The notes: generated from the letters alone by a model not told the origin. DNA of 64,000 bases from Planctomycetota bacterium (GCA_965228735.1 OZ245838.1:3712001-3776000); one strand, 5' to 3'; positions 1 to 9,703 are shown, counted from the first letter of the stretch. Numbers and translations are program-made.

Positions 1-920
1 ACCGGGCCGGAGACGAGGGTCCGAGGAGTGGGCACGCCGAGCCGGGCCAGCGCTTCGGCCTGATACACCTTGTTCGTGCAGCGCAGTATCGACGTCGGAT
101 CGTCCATCACGACCGCCCCTTGCGTCTCGGCACGCTGCGCGAATCGAAAGGTGTGGTGGTCCACGGCGGTCGTCTCACGGATGAACAGGGCGTCGAACTC
201 GCCGAGGCGACCGTAGTCCTCGCGCCGGATGCGCTCGACGTCGAAGCCGACACTCCGGGCCGCCCGCTCGAACCGCTCGAGCGCGACCGGATCGGACGGC
301 GCCGGATCCTCGTCGGGATCGTGCAGGATCGCGAGATCGTAGAGCGCCGGGCGCCTCGCCTTCTGCGGCGCACTGCGGCGACCGAGGTAGTCCCGCGCCG
401 CCGACGCCACGAACTCACGGTGTGACACGGGCACGTCCGGGAACGCGATCGGGTTGACGCGGGTCATCTTCCAGCGGTCGTCGCGATCGCGGCGGAAGTT
501 GGCGCGCTGCAGCGGCGCCTGGAACGACGAGAACAACCGGTTGGCGAGGCGGGCGTGCCGGCTCGCCAGGTTCTTGCCGAAGTAGACGCTGAGCTCGAAC
601 TCGCCAGCCTCGATCTCCCGCAGCGACTTCTGGATCAGGGAGTCGAGTTCCTCGTCGATCGTGCGCACGAAGTGTCGGCTCTTCATGTCGAGCACGGCCT
701 TGAGATCGGGGAACGGCCGGTGGCCGCGCGCTGTGGCCAGCAACGACACGTAGTAGCCCTCGCTCTGATACCGGTACGACCGGCAGAGATTCACGACGCG
801 CAGGCTCCGCTCGCTGATCCACGCCGGGTCGGTCAGGTAGACCGAAGCGGGGACGACCTCGACCCCGGACGTGTCGAGCGGCCAGTCGTCGAGCCCGTGG
901 CACACGACAATCGAACGCAT
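1..920 (-). CDS. RimK-family ATP-grasp ligase with N-terminal RLAN-type domain (partial, runs off the window start)
   Basis: Not in the ORF track because its stop lies outside the window. Translated by hand from ATG at 920, which overlaps the upstream TGA (TGATG): MRSIVVCHGLDDW...VVNLCRSYRYQSEGYYVSLLATARGHRPFP...VMDDPTSILRCTNKVYQAEALARLGVPTPRT. These are typical RimK-like ATP-grasp motifs. Confidence 0.85.
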   Translation of the reverse strand, partial: MRSIVVCHGLDDWPLDTSGVEVVPASVYLTDPAWISERSLRVVNLCRSYRYQSEGYYVSLLATARGHRPFPDLKAVLDMKSRHFVRTIDEELDSLIQKSLREIEAGEFELSVYFGKNLASRHARLANRLFSSFQAPLQRANFRRDRDDRWKMTRVNPIAFPDVPVSHREFVASAARDYLGRRSAPQKARRPALYDLAILHDPDEDPAPSDPVALERFERAARSVGFDVERIRREDYGRLGEFDALFIRETTAVDHHTFRFAQRAETQGAVVMDDPTSILRCTNKVYQAEALARLGVPTPRTLVSGP

Positions 921-1666
921 CAGCGGTCCTTGCCGCCGGCATCGCGGGCGGGCTCGATGAGGATGACGTTGGCGTCGTACGTGAGCACGCCGAGGTAGAT
1001 CGCGCCGATCAGGCGGTCGACCGGGACCGGGTAGGTGTGGTTCTCGGACAACGGATTCGGATGCATCGGGTCGGTGACGTAGACCTCGCGCTTCTTGCCG
1101 CGATAGCCGGTGAGCACGACGAAGTGGCCGACCGGATCACCGACGATATCGTCGGTGACGTCGTCGGTCGGGCGCTGCCGCGCTTCCCGATAGAGGAACG
1201 TCGCGGACAGCCCCGTCAGCACCGGCACCCCGCGGCGGAGCGTGTCACTCAACAGCCGAGGCGTGAGGTCGCGGAACTCGACCCGGCCGCCGCGATCGAG
1301 GAAGTCGGCGTATGCCCTGGCAGCCCCGTGCAACTTCTCGTCGGACCGGCGCGCCTCGGCGCGCCGCAGCAGGTTGTCCCGCAGCGGCGCAGCACCCGGC
1401 TGGAACCAGGTCGGATCGAACACCCGCAGGTTCCAGGTGACGATCTTCACGCGATAGCCGCGCGACAGCGCATCGGTCGCCAGCAGAACACCGAGCGTGC
1501 CGCCGTCCGGCAACGTCGGCACGCGCGCCGCGATCGTCTGCAACGAACCCTCGTCGCCGTAGTGGCGGTAGACCGCGTGCAGGCAGGTCGGGCCACACGT
1601 GGTGTCGTCCGGCTGCCGCCGGATCTCGAAGGGCAGCAACCGGGTGTCCGGAGTCGTTGACGCCAT
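920..1666 (-). CDS. C39-like (papain-fold) cysteine peptidase family protein
   Basis: QPDDTTCGPTCL (Gln...catalytic Cys), GHFVVLTGY (His) and VTDP (Asp). Translationally coupled to the RimK-like gene. Start taken at the ATG of MASTT. Confidence 0.75.
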   Translation of the reverse strand: MASTTPDTRLLPFEIRRQPDDTTCGPTCLHAVYRHYGDEGSLQTIAARVPTLPDGGTLGVLLATDALSRGYRVKIVTWNLRVFDPTWFQPGAAPLRDNLLRRAEARRSDEKLHGAARAYADFLDRGGRVEFRDLTPRLLSDTLRRGVPVLTGLSATFLYREARQRPTDDVTDDIVGDPVGHFVVLTGYRGKKREVYVTDPMHPNPLSENHTYPVPVDRLIGAIYLGVLTYDANVILIEPARDAGGKDR

Positions 1667-1888
1667 GGCCAGTTCCTCGATCGGCAATCGTAGAGCCGCG
1701 GTCGGCTCGGGCCGAGCGGTATGCTCCAGTTGCCAGGTCGTCGGACCGGATCCGTTTCGGCGCAGCCCGGCCAGCACGAGCGGGCCGGGCGAAGGGTCGG
1801 ATCACGGGAGCGGGCGCGCGTATGTAGGTGCCAGCACCCCGCGAATCCAGTGCCTGCCCGGGCCTATTTCAGGGCCCGGGCGGCGAGC

Positions 1889-2959
1889 CTACTCGCCCTT
1901 CATCGCGGCCAGCAGCTCACGGACGACGTCGGTCGCCTGGTTGCCGTTGTGGCCGCGGTAGCGGATCTTGAAGTCCTTGTCGAGCACGACGATCGTCGGC
2001 CAGCCGCGCACGGCCCAGTCCTCCGAGATCTTGCGCTCGCGACCGGGCTGAACGTTCTGGAAGCTGCGCCAGTTGAGCTCGTTCTCGGCGATGGCCTTCT
2101 TCGCGCGTTCGACGGTCTGGTCACTGTTCACGCCGATCAGCGCGAACGGTTCGTCCTGCAACTCTTCCACGAGCGACCGCTCGTGCGGGTACATGGCCCG
2201 GCAAGGGCCTCACCAGTCGCCCCAGAAGTCGAGGAAGACGACCTTGCCCTTGTAGTCGCTGAGCTTGAACTTCACGCCGTCGAGGTCGACGCCGGCGATG
2301 TCGGGCGCCTCACTGCCGATGCCGAACTTCTCGGTCTCGGTCGTGAGCTGCTCGAACTGCTGCCGAATGCGCGGGTCGTCGCCCTTCTCGAGCGCCGCGA
2401 GCATCTTCGCCTTGGCCTTGCTGTAGGCGCGCAGCTGCTCCTCGGCTTCCATCCACGTGAGCCACGTCATGAGGCGCGGGTTCTCGCTGCCCGCCTTGAT
2501 CTTGGCCACGATCTCGTCGCGGTAGTCCGCGCCGACCATGCGTTCGAGCCGCGGCAGGAAACTGCCGATCAGCCAGATGTCCTCGTCGTCGAGGTGCTCG
2601 TTCACGAGGATGTCGAGGACCTCCCGGTAGTGCTCCGGCTTGCTGCTGTAGTTGAGCGCCGGCACGAGAAAGCGAACGGCGGCGTCGGGATACGTCTCGG
2701 CCCCGGCGAGGAACTCACCACGCAGCGGCGAGAAGTCCGGCCGCATCGCGATCGCCTTGACCGGCTTGCCGGGCTCGGCGTTCTTCGATGCTTCGGAGGC
2801 CTTTTTGATGTCCTCCCGCCATTGTTTGATGATCTTGCCCCGCTTGCTCTCGAGCTCCTGCAGGTGCGCATCCGCGCTCTTCTTCGCGCCAGGATCGTCC
2901 TGGGCGGGCAGGCAGCCGAGGATCAGCGCGGCGGAGAGCCACGTGAGTGTTCGGTTCAT
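1889..2959 (-). CDS. Secreted TlpA/redoxin-family thiol-disulfide oxidoreductase, predicted selenoprotein (UxxC, Sec TGA at 2210-2212)
   Basis: Track ORFs 2210-2962 and 1889-2194 are one reading frame: ...LSDYKGKVVFLDFWGDW-TGA-GPCRAMYPHERSLVEEL...GWPTIVVLD. The TGA sits at the first Cys position of the thioredoxin WCxxC motif. N-terminal signal peptide; SECIS-like hairpin downstream. Confidence 0.9.
2168..2185 (-). promoter_or_regulatory. Putative bacterial SECIS element
   Basis: Minus strand CACGAGC-GGUC-GCUCGUG: perfect 7-bp stem with a GGUC loop starting 31 nt after the in-frame UGA. Confidence 0.8.
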
Positions 2960-3071
2960 CACGGCAGTGTCGCCGGGCCGAGAGCCGGCGGCAACTCAGA
3001 CCCGCTGCAAGACGGCTTCGTGACACGCGGCGCGACGCAATCGGGGCCGAGAACCAGCGCGCCCACCGGCC

Positions 3072-5312
3072 TCACTGCCGCCGCGCCGCGACGTACTGCA
3101 CCGGCCACGCCTGGCTCGCGATCCGGCGCTCGTTGGCCGCCCGCAGCGTCATGCTGCCGTCCTCGAGGTGACCGCGCGCGATCGCGCAGAGGTCGGCGCG
3201 GCCCGCCGCGATGATCGTGTCGACGTGGTCGATGCTCTGGATCGCGCCGACGGCCATGACCGGCACATTGGCCTCGAGCCGGATGCGTTCGGCGAACGGC
3301 ACCTGATACATCCGCCCGTAGACCGGCTCGGACTCGGGCGCGTTACCGGCGGAGCTCACGTCGATCACGTCGCAGCCGCGTTCTTTGAGCCAGCCCGCGA
3401 CGACGACGGCCTCGTCGATCGTGAAACCGCGGCCCTCGTCCTCGAGCCAGTCGCTCGCCGAGATGCGCACGAACAGCGGCTTGTCGTCGGGCCACGCGGC
3501 TCGCACGGCCTCGAGCACCTCGAGCGGGTAGCGCGCCCGATTCGCGAGCTCGCCGCCGTAGTCGTCGTCGCGGTGGTTGCTCAGCGGCGACAGGAAGCTC
3601 GACAGCAGATAGCCGTGCGCCATGTGCAGCTCGATCAGGTCGAACCCGGCACGATCGCAACGCTGCGCGGCTGCGACGAACGCGTCCCGCACGCGATCCA
3701 TGTCGGCGCGCGCCATCGCGCGCGGCGTCGGCCAGCCGGCATCGAACGGCACCGCGGACGGACCGATGCTCGGCCACGCACCCTCGGTCAGCGGCGCGTC
3801 GCCCTCCCACGGCAGGCTGCACGACGCCTTGCGACCCGCGTGCGCGAGCTGCATGCCGATCTTGCTGCCGGAGTGGCCGTGGACGAACTGGACGATCCGC
3901 CGCCACGCCGCTTCCTGCTCGTCGCTCCACATGCCGGCGCAGCCATACGTGATGCGACCGTCCGCCTCGACGTTGGTCATCTCCGTCATCACGAGGCCCG
4001 CGCCGCCCGTCGCGCGGCCGCCGAGATGCACGAGGTGCCAGTCGTTCGGCACGCCATCCGTCGCCGAGTACTGGCACATCGGTGACACCACGACGCGGTT
4101 CGGCAGCGTGCAGCCGCGCACCACGAACGGCAGGAACCCGGGCGGTGTCGCCGCCGCGATCTCCGCTCCCGCGGCCTCTTCCCGCTGCACGGCCGCGTCG
4201 ACGCGTTCGACCAGCGCCGGGTCGCGCAGCCGCAGATTGCCGTAGGTGATCCGCTTGCTGCGCGTCATGAGGTTGAACACGAAGCGCTCCGGGTCCTGAC
4301 CGAGGTAGCGCGCGCTGTTCTCGAACCACTCGAGGCTCGTCTGCGCGGCCTTCTGCGTCTTCGCGACGTCGACCCAGCGCCCGTCCTCGTAGGCGGCGAG
4401 CCCGGCGGCGACATCGCCCGCATGCTCCGTCAGCGCGTCGACGAGCGCGATCGCATCCTCCATCGCGAGCTTGGTGCCGGAGCCGATCGAGAAGTGGGCC
4501 GTATGCGCGGCGTCGCCGACCAGCACGACGTTGCCGTGCCGCCACGACTCGCACTTCACCGTCGGGAACGTGCGCCAGATCGACCGGTTGGTCAGCAGCT
4601 CCTCGCCCTCGAGGTGCTCGGCGAACAGCTGCTTGCAGAACGCCGCGGACTGCGCCTCGTCGAGCTGGTCCAGCCCCGCGCGCCGCCAGGTGTCCTCGTG
4701 GCACTCGACGATCCACGTGCCCCGCCCCTCCTCGAACGGATACGCGTGCACCTGGAACAGCCCCCACTCCGTCTCCGTGAAGACGAACGTGAACGCCGTC
4801 ATCTTCTTGGTCGTGCCGAACCACGCGAACTTGCACTTGCGCCAATCCAGCGTCGGCCGGAACGAGCCCGCGAAGTGCTGCCGCACGCGACTGTTCACGC
4901 CGTCCGCGGCGACGACGAGGTCGTGCTGCGAGGCGAGCGCATCGATGTCATCCACGGTGTGCTCGAAGTGCAGCCCGACGCCGAGCTCGCGGCACCGCGC
5001 CTGCAGGATCAAGAGCAGCTCCTTGCGCGCGAGGCCGCAGAAGCCGTGCCCGGTGCTCGTGACCTTGGTATCGCGATAGAACGTGTCGATGTCGGTCCAG
5101 TAGGCGAACCGCGACTCGATCGCGGCGAAGCTCTCGGGATCCCGGAGCTTGAAGTTGCCGAGCGTCTCGTCGGAGAAGACCACGCCCCAACCGAACGTGT
5201 CGTCGGCCCGGTTCTGCTCGTAGACGTCGATCTCGGCATCCGGCGCGCGCTGCTTGAACAGCAGCGCGAAGTAGAGGGACGCCGGCCCGCCGCCGATGCA
5301 CGCGATCTTCAT
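3072..5312 (-). CDS. Bifunctional FAD-dependent monooxygenase / Old Yellow Enzyme oxidoreductase (salicylyl-CoA 5-hydroxylase / 2-aminobenzoyl-CoA monooxygenase-reductase family)
   Basis: N-terminal GGGPAS FAD motif, TFGWGVVFSD and GDAAHTAHFSIGSGTKLAMED. C-terminal OYE domain with NRVVVSPMCQYSA, QLAHAGRKAS and HMAHGYLLSSFLSP. Confidence 0.9.
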   Translation of the reverse strand: MKIACIGGGPASLYFALLFKQRAPDAEIDVYEQNRADDTFGWGVVFSDETLGNFKLRDPESFAAIESRFAYWTDIDTFYRDTKVTSTGHGFCGLARKELLLILQARCRELGVGLHFEHTVDDIDALASQHDLVVAADGVNSRVRQHFAGSFRPTLDWRKCKFAWFGTTKKMTAFTFVFTETEWGLFQVHAYPFEEGRGTWIVECHEDTWRRAGLDQLDEAQSAAFCKQLFAEHLEGEELLTNRSIWRTFPTVKCESWRHGNVVLVGDAAHTAHFSIGSGTKLAMEDAIALVDALTEHAGDVAAGLAAYEDGRWVDVAKTQKAAQTSLEWFENSARYLGQDPERFVFNLMTRSKRITYGNLRLRDPALVERVDAAVQREEAAGAEIAAATPPGFLPFVVRGCTLPNRVVVSPMCQYSATDGVPNDWHLVHLGGRATGGAGLVMTEMTNVEADGRITYGCAGMWSDEQEAAWRRIVQFVHGHSGSKIGMQLAHAGRKASCSLPWEGDAPLTEGAWPSIGPSAVPFDAGWPTPRAMARADMDRVRDAFVAAAQRCDRAGFDLIELHMAHGYLLSSFLSPLSNHRDDDYGGELANRARYPLEVLEAVRAAWPDDKPLFVRISASDWLEDEGRGFTIDEAVVVAGWLKERGCDVIDVSSAGNAPESEPVYGRMYQVPFAERIRLEANVPVMAVGAIQSIDHVDTIIAAGRADLCAIARGHLEDGSMTLRAANERRIASQAWPVQYVAARRQ

Positions 5313-5386
5313 GGCGTGAGCGTAGCGGGACGGCCGGGCCGATCGAAACGCCGTGCGCGGAGTGACCCCGGCGCTACGCTCGCCGC

Positions 5387-5968
5387 ATGCGAGCCTGGAT
5401 GCTACGTGTCACCCGCACAGCGGCACTCGCCGTCCTCGCGCTCGCCGCGAGCTGCGCGTCGTTCGAGTCCGGCGAACTGCCCCTGTTGGAGAACTGGCCG
5501 CCGCCCGCCAGCGCTGCGCCGACGGCCTTGACGCTCGAGTTCCACGGCATGCCGACGAAGTTCGAGGCCGGATGGGAACGGGTGATGACCGCGACCCTCC
5601 TCGACTCACGACGATTCTCGACGGTGGCCGCGGCCGAAGCCGGCGCATCCGCCGCCGATCGCCACCTGCGCATCGACGTCACGCACACCCGGCCCGACAT
5701 CCGTTGGACCCGCGCGTTCATGTTCCTGTGCGCGGCCACGGCCGGCATCCTGCCCGCGCGCGCGGCCAATGAGTTCGAACTCCGGGTCACGGTGATCGAC
5801 GGGCGCGGCATCGAACTCGGCACCATCGACCGCTCCGTCGGTACAGTGACGTGGGTCGGCTGGGTCTTCGTTCTCGCCCTGCCGTTCGCGGGCGCCGGCG
5901 TGACGCCGCTCATCGAGGACACGACGCGTTCGATCCTGCTCGAAGGGGTCGACCGCGGCTGGCTGTGA
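5387..5968 (+). CDS. Hypothetical lipoprotein
   Basis: Lipobox-like LALAASC after a hydrophobic stretch, plus two further hydrophobic segments. Start may be ATG 5399. Confidence 0.6.
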   Translation: MRAWMLRVTRTAALAVLALAASCASFESGELPLLENWPPPASAAPTALTLEFHGMPTKFEAGWERVMTATLLDSRRFSTVAAAEAGASAADRHLRIDVTHTRPDIRWTRAFMFLCAATAGILPARAANEFELRVTVIDGRGIELGTIDRSVGTVTWVGWVFVLALPFAGAGVTPLIEDTTRSILLEGVDRGWL

Positions 5969-6001
5969 GACGTCGCTCCCGGCCGTCTCGCCCGCGGACC
6001 A

Positions 6002-7894
6002 TCAGCCGCGGCCGCGTTCCGGATCCGCCATGACCTCGGGCGCGATCGCCGCCGCGACCTCGTCGCTGTAGAGGTCGCGCTCCTGCAGCACCGCGGCGAC
6101 CGTGCGACCGGACGCCAGCGCTTCGGCGGCCACGCTCGTCGACACGTCGTAGCCGAGCACCGGCACGAGCGCGGTGACGAGGCCGATGCTGTTCTCGACG
6201 AACTCACGGCAGCGCTCGTCGTTGGCCGTGATCCCGGCGATGCAGTTCTCGCGCAACGTGTGCACCGCGTTGGCGAGGATCTTCAGCGACTCGAAGATGC
6301 TCGCCGCGATCACCGGCTCCATCACGTTGAGCTGCAGCTGGCCGGCCTCGGCCGCGAGCGTGACCGTGAGATCGTTGCCGATGACGCGGTAAGCGACCTG
6401 GTTGACGACCTCCGGGATCACGGGGTTGACCTTGCCCGGCATGATCGAGCTGCCCGGCTGCCGCGGCGGCAGGTTGATCTCACCGAGACCGGCGCGCGGA
6501 CCCGACGACAACAGGCGCAGGTCGTTGCAAACCTTGGACAGCTTGATCGCGAGGCTCTTCAGCGCCGAGCTGAACATCACGAACGCCTGCGTGTCCTGCG
6601 TCGCCTCGATCAAGTCCTTCGCGAGGCCGAGGTCGAGGCCCGTGATCGCGCGCAGGTGCTCGAGCGCCTTCTCGGGATAGCCGCGCGGCGCGTTGAGCCG
6701 GGTGCCGATCGCCGTGCCGCCGATGTTGAGCGTGCGCAGCTTGCCGCGCGCCGACTGCAGTTCTTCCAGCTCCTGCCGCAAGGTGCACGCGAACGCGGCG
6801 AACTCCTGCCCGAGCGTCATCGGCACCGCATCCTGCAGCTGGGTGCGGCCCATCTTGACGACGTCCTTGAACTCGGACGCCTTCAGCTCGCACGTCGCGA
6901 CGAGCCCGTCTACCGACTCGATCAGCCGCTCGCTGCTGAGGATCATCCCGAGCTTGAGCGCGCTCGGATAGACGTCGTTCGTCGACTGCGAGCAGTTGAC
7001 GTGGTTGTTGGGGTGACAGTGTTTGTAGTCGCCCTTCTCGTGCCCGAGGAGCTCGAGCGCGCGGTTGGCGATCACCTCGTTCACGTTCATGTTGGTCGAC
7101 GTGCCCGCACCGCCTTGCAGAACGTCCACGACGAAGTAGTCGTGCAGCTTGTCGGCCGCGATCTCGTCCGCCGCATCCGCGATCGCCTTGGCCCGACGCT
7201 CGTCGAGCACGCCGCAGTCGCGATTGGCCAATGCGCATGCCTTCTTCACCAGCGCGAGAGCGCGCACGAAGTTGGGATAGACGTGCAGGCGCACGCCGCC
7301 GATCTCGAAGTTGCCGAGCGCGCGCATCGTCTGCAGACCGAAGTAGGCCTCCGCCTGCACCTGCCCCTCGCCGAGCAGGTCCTTCTCGGTGCGCGTCCGC
7401 CCGGTCGAGAACCCGTGGGTCACGCCGCTCGTGCGGAACATCAGCTGGTCGTAGCGGCCGACGATCTCGTCGAGCAGGCTCGCGAGCATCCGCTTCTCCA
7501 ACCGGTCGTCGCCCGCGAACACCTCGGCGAGCTTGTCGCGCGTGAGGATCGCCACCTCGGCCGGCGTGATCGCGGTCGCGGTCGTCGAGTGCGTCGAACC
7601 CTCGATCAACATGCCCTCGCCGAGCAGGTCGCCGCGCAGCATCGTCGAAACCGAACGCGCCGTTCCCGTGACATCGAGGCGCGTGAGCGAGATGCGGCCA
7701 CGCAGCACCGCGATGAGCCGGACGCGCGGATCGCCCTCGGCGAACAGCACCTCGCCTTCGGCAAGCGTCTGCGTCTCGACGACCGCGAGCAACCGCTGCA
7801 CCTCTTCCGCCGTCAGGTTGCGGAAGATGTGCGACTGGCTCAGCAGGGCCGCCCAGTCGGAGTCGAAACGGCTCGGTTCTTCGATCGCGCTCAT
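6002..7894 (-). CDS. aspA: Aspartate ammonia-lyase with N-terminal cyclic-nucleotide-binding domain
   Basis: RTEKDLLGE, GGAGTSTNMNVNEVIAN, SQSTNDVYP, KMGRTQLQDAVP and the GSSIMPGKVNP signature. The first ~150 aa are cNMP-like (LFAEGD...GDLLGE...STTATA). Confidence 0.88.
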   Translation of the reverse strand: MSAIEEPSRFDSDWAALLSQSHIFRNLTAEEVQRLLAVVETQTLAEGEVLFAEGDPRVRLIAVLRGRISLTRLDVTGTARSVSTMLRGDLLGEGMLIEGSTHSTTATAITPAEVAILTRDKLAEVFAGDDRLEKRMLASLLDEIVGRYDQLMFRTSGVTHGFSTGRTRTEKDLLGEGQVQAEAYFGLQTMRALGNFEIGGVRLHVYPNFVRALALVKKACALANRDCGVLDERRAKAIADAADEIAADKLHDYFVVDVLQGGAGTSTNMNVNEVIANRALELLGHEKGDYKHCHPNNHVNCSQSTNDVYPSALKLGMILSSERLIESVDGLVATCELKASEFKDVVKMGRTQLQDAVPMTLGQEFAAFACTLRQELEELQSARGKLRTLNIGGTAIGTRLNAPRGYPEKALEHLRAITGLDLGLAKDLIEATQDTQAFVMFSSALKSLAIKLSKVCNDLRLLSSGPRAGLGEINLPPRQPGSSIMPGKVNPVIPEVVNQVAYRVIGNDLTVTLAAEAGQLQLNVMEPVIAASIFESLKILANAVHTLRENCIAGITANDERCREFVENSIGLVTALVPVLGYDVSTSVAAEALASGRTVAAVLQERDLYSDEVAAAIAPEVMADPERGRG

Positions 7895-7911
7895 GGGTGA
7901 CCTTGCTAGGG

Positions 7912-9624
7912 CTACTTGCCGCTCCGGGCCTCGCCGCCCAGCTCACGGGCCAGGGCACCCTCGTCGTAGATGTGCTCGAGCGCGGCCGTGATCGCGCCCG
8001 TGTGCACGCTGACCGCGCGATTGACCCGCTCGTCGAACCAGTAGTTGCCCGGCAATGACTCGATGTTGCCGTCGAAGATCAGCCCGACGACCTCGGCATC
8101 GCGATTGAGCACCGGACTGCCGGAGTTGCCGCCGATGATGTCGGCCGAGCAGACGAAGTTGTAGCGCGTCGACAGGTCGAGCTTGTCGCGCTTCTCGAGC
8201 CAGTGCGCGGGCAGGTCGAACGGCTCCTTGCCGCCCATGCCGGCGTGCCGGTTGTAGAGCCCATAGAACGTGGTGAACGGCGCGACCGCCGTCGTGCCGG
8301 CCTCGTAGCCGGTCACCGTGCCGAACGCGAGACGCAACGTGAACGTCGCGTCCGGGTAGTTGTCGGTGCCGTAGGCCGCGAAGCGCGCCCGCGCGATAAC
8401 TCCCTTCGACTCGGCCAGGTCCTTCTCCGTCACGCGCTGGACCGCGGGCATCATCTGCCGCGGGTCGGCGGCGCCGCCGCCGAAGCGCTCGCGCAGCCGG
8501 GCCATCGCCGCGCCGATCTCGGCGAACGCCGCCTTCAGCTGCGGCTCATCCGCCTGCGCCAGCAGGTCCGCGTCGCGCTGCCGGATCCGCTCGAGCATCT
8601 CCGCGTCCCGCAGGCCGTCGAGGTGGCCCGTGTAGGCCTTGAGCGAGTTCATCACGCCGAAGTAGCGGTCGCGCAGCTCGAACGCGGCCTCCGGGTTCTG
8701 CGCCATCGCGTCTTCGAGCTGCGTCCGGATGGTCGTGAGGAACGCAACGATCCGCGGCGCGAGCACATCGCGGTGAAACTCCATCTCCGCGTGCGTGAGC
8801 AGCCGCTCGGTGCCGCCCGGGTGACCGGAAACGAACACCAGGTCGTCGACCTCCGCGCCCTTCTCGTTCCACTCGAAGTAGTGCTCGCTGCTGTCGATCG
8901 GCTCCCCGTTCTCGTAGACGCGGAAGAACGCGCAGTCGAGGCAGTAGCGCGGGTAGGTGAAGTTGTCGAGGTCACCGCCGTAGAACGCGACCTGCTTCTC
9001 CGGCGCGAACACGACGCGCACGTCGTCGTAGACCTTATAGACGTAGACGCGGTACTCCTCACCGTCGTAGAGCGGCACGAGGTCGGCGACGATGTTCTTC
9101 TGCTTGTCGGAGAGCCGATCCGTCAGCGCCTCGGCCCGCACGCGCCACTCGTTGCCGGCCTCGGTCTCGTCCGCGGCCCTCCACTTCTTGATGTCCTCCG
9201 TGACGTCCCTGATCTCGACGAGCTGCCGCAGGGTCAGGTCGGTGCCCTGCGGCTCGCTGCCGAACAATCGCGCACTGAAGCCGTCCTCGACCCAGTCCTT
9301 CTCGGGAGTCGAGATCTTCTGCAGCGTGGTGAGCGCGACGTGATGGTTGGTCATCACGAGCCCGTTCGGCGACACGAACGATCCCGACCCGCCGGTGTCG
9401 AACCGCACCGACGCCATGCGCACCTTGCGCAGCCACGCCGGGGTCGGCTCGAAGCCGTACTTCTCCTTCAACTTCGCGAGCGGCAGCCCGTCGAACGGCC
9501 ACATGCCCTCGTCGAGCACGCGGGTCACTGCTGCGGCGGAGGCCGGCCGGGCCGTGGCGAGCGGGACGGTCGCGCCGATCGCGAGTGCGGCGGCGAGGAC
9601 ACTGGTCAGGAGGAATGGCTGCAT
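7912..9624 (-). CDS. S46 family dipeptidyl peptidase (DPP7-like), secreted
   Basis: DEGMW, GSGSFVS.NGLVMTNHH (His), DNFTYPRYCLD (Asp), DIIGGNSGSP (Ser) and LIFDGN. Signal peptide present. Confidence 0.88.
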   Translation of the reverse strand: MQPFLLTSVLAAALAIGATVPLATARPASAAAVTRVLDEGMWPFDGLPLAKLKEKYGFEPTPAWLRKVRMASVRFDTGGSGSFVSPNGLVMTNHHVALTTLQKISTPEKDWVEDGFSARLFGSEPQGTDLTLRQLVEIRDVTEDIKKWRAADETEAGNEWRVRAEALTDRLSDKQKNIVADLVPLYDGEEYRVYVYKVYDDVRVVFAPEKQVAFYGGDLDNFTYPRYCLDCAFFRVYENGEPIDSSEHYFEWNEKGAEVDDLVFVSGHPGGTERLLTHAEMEFHRDVLAPRIVAFLTTIRTQLEDAMAQNPEAAFELRDRYFGVMNSLKAYTGHLDGLRDAEMLERIRQRDADLLAQADEPQLKAAFAEIGAAMARLRERFGGGAADPRQMMPAVQRVTEKDLAESKGVIARARFAAYGTDNYPDATFTLRLAFGTVTGYEAGTTAVAPFTTFYGLYNRHAGMGGKEPFDLPAHWLEKRDKLDLSTRYNFVCSADIIGGNSGSPVLNRDAEVVGLIFDGNIESLPGNYWFDERVNRAVSVHTGAITAALEHIYDEGALARELGGEARSGK

Positions 9625-9703
9625 TGGAAGCGTCAACCCGCGGCGAGACGGGCCCGGGATCTTAGCGTGTGGAACCTGTGCCGCCGCGACCTACCATCGC
9701 TCC

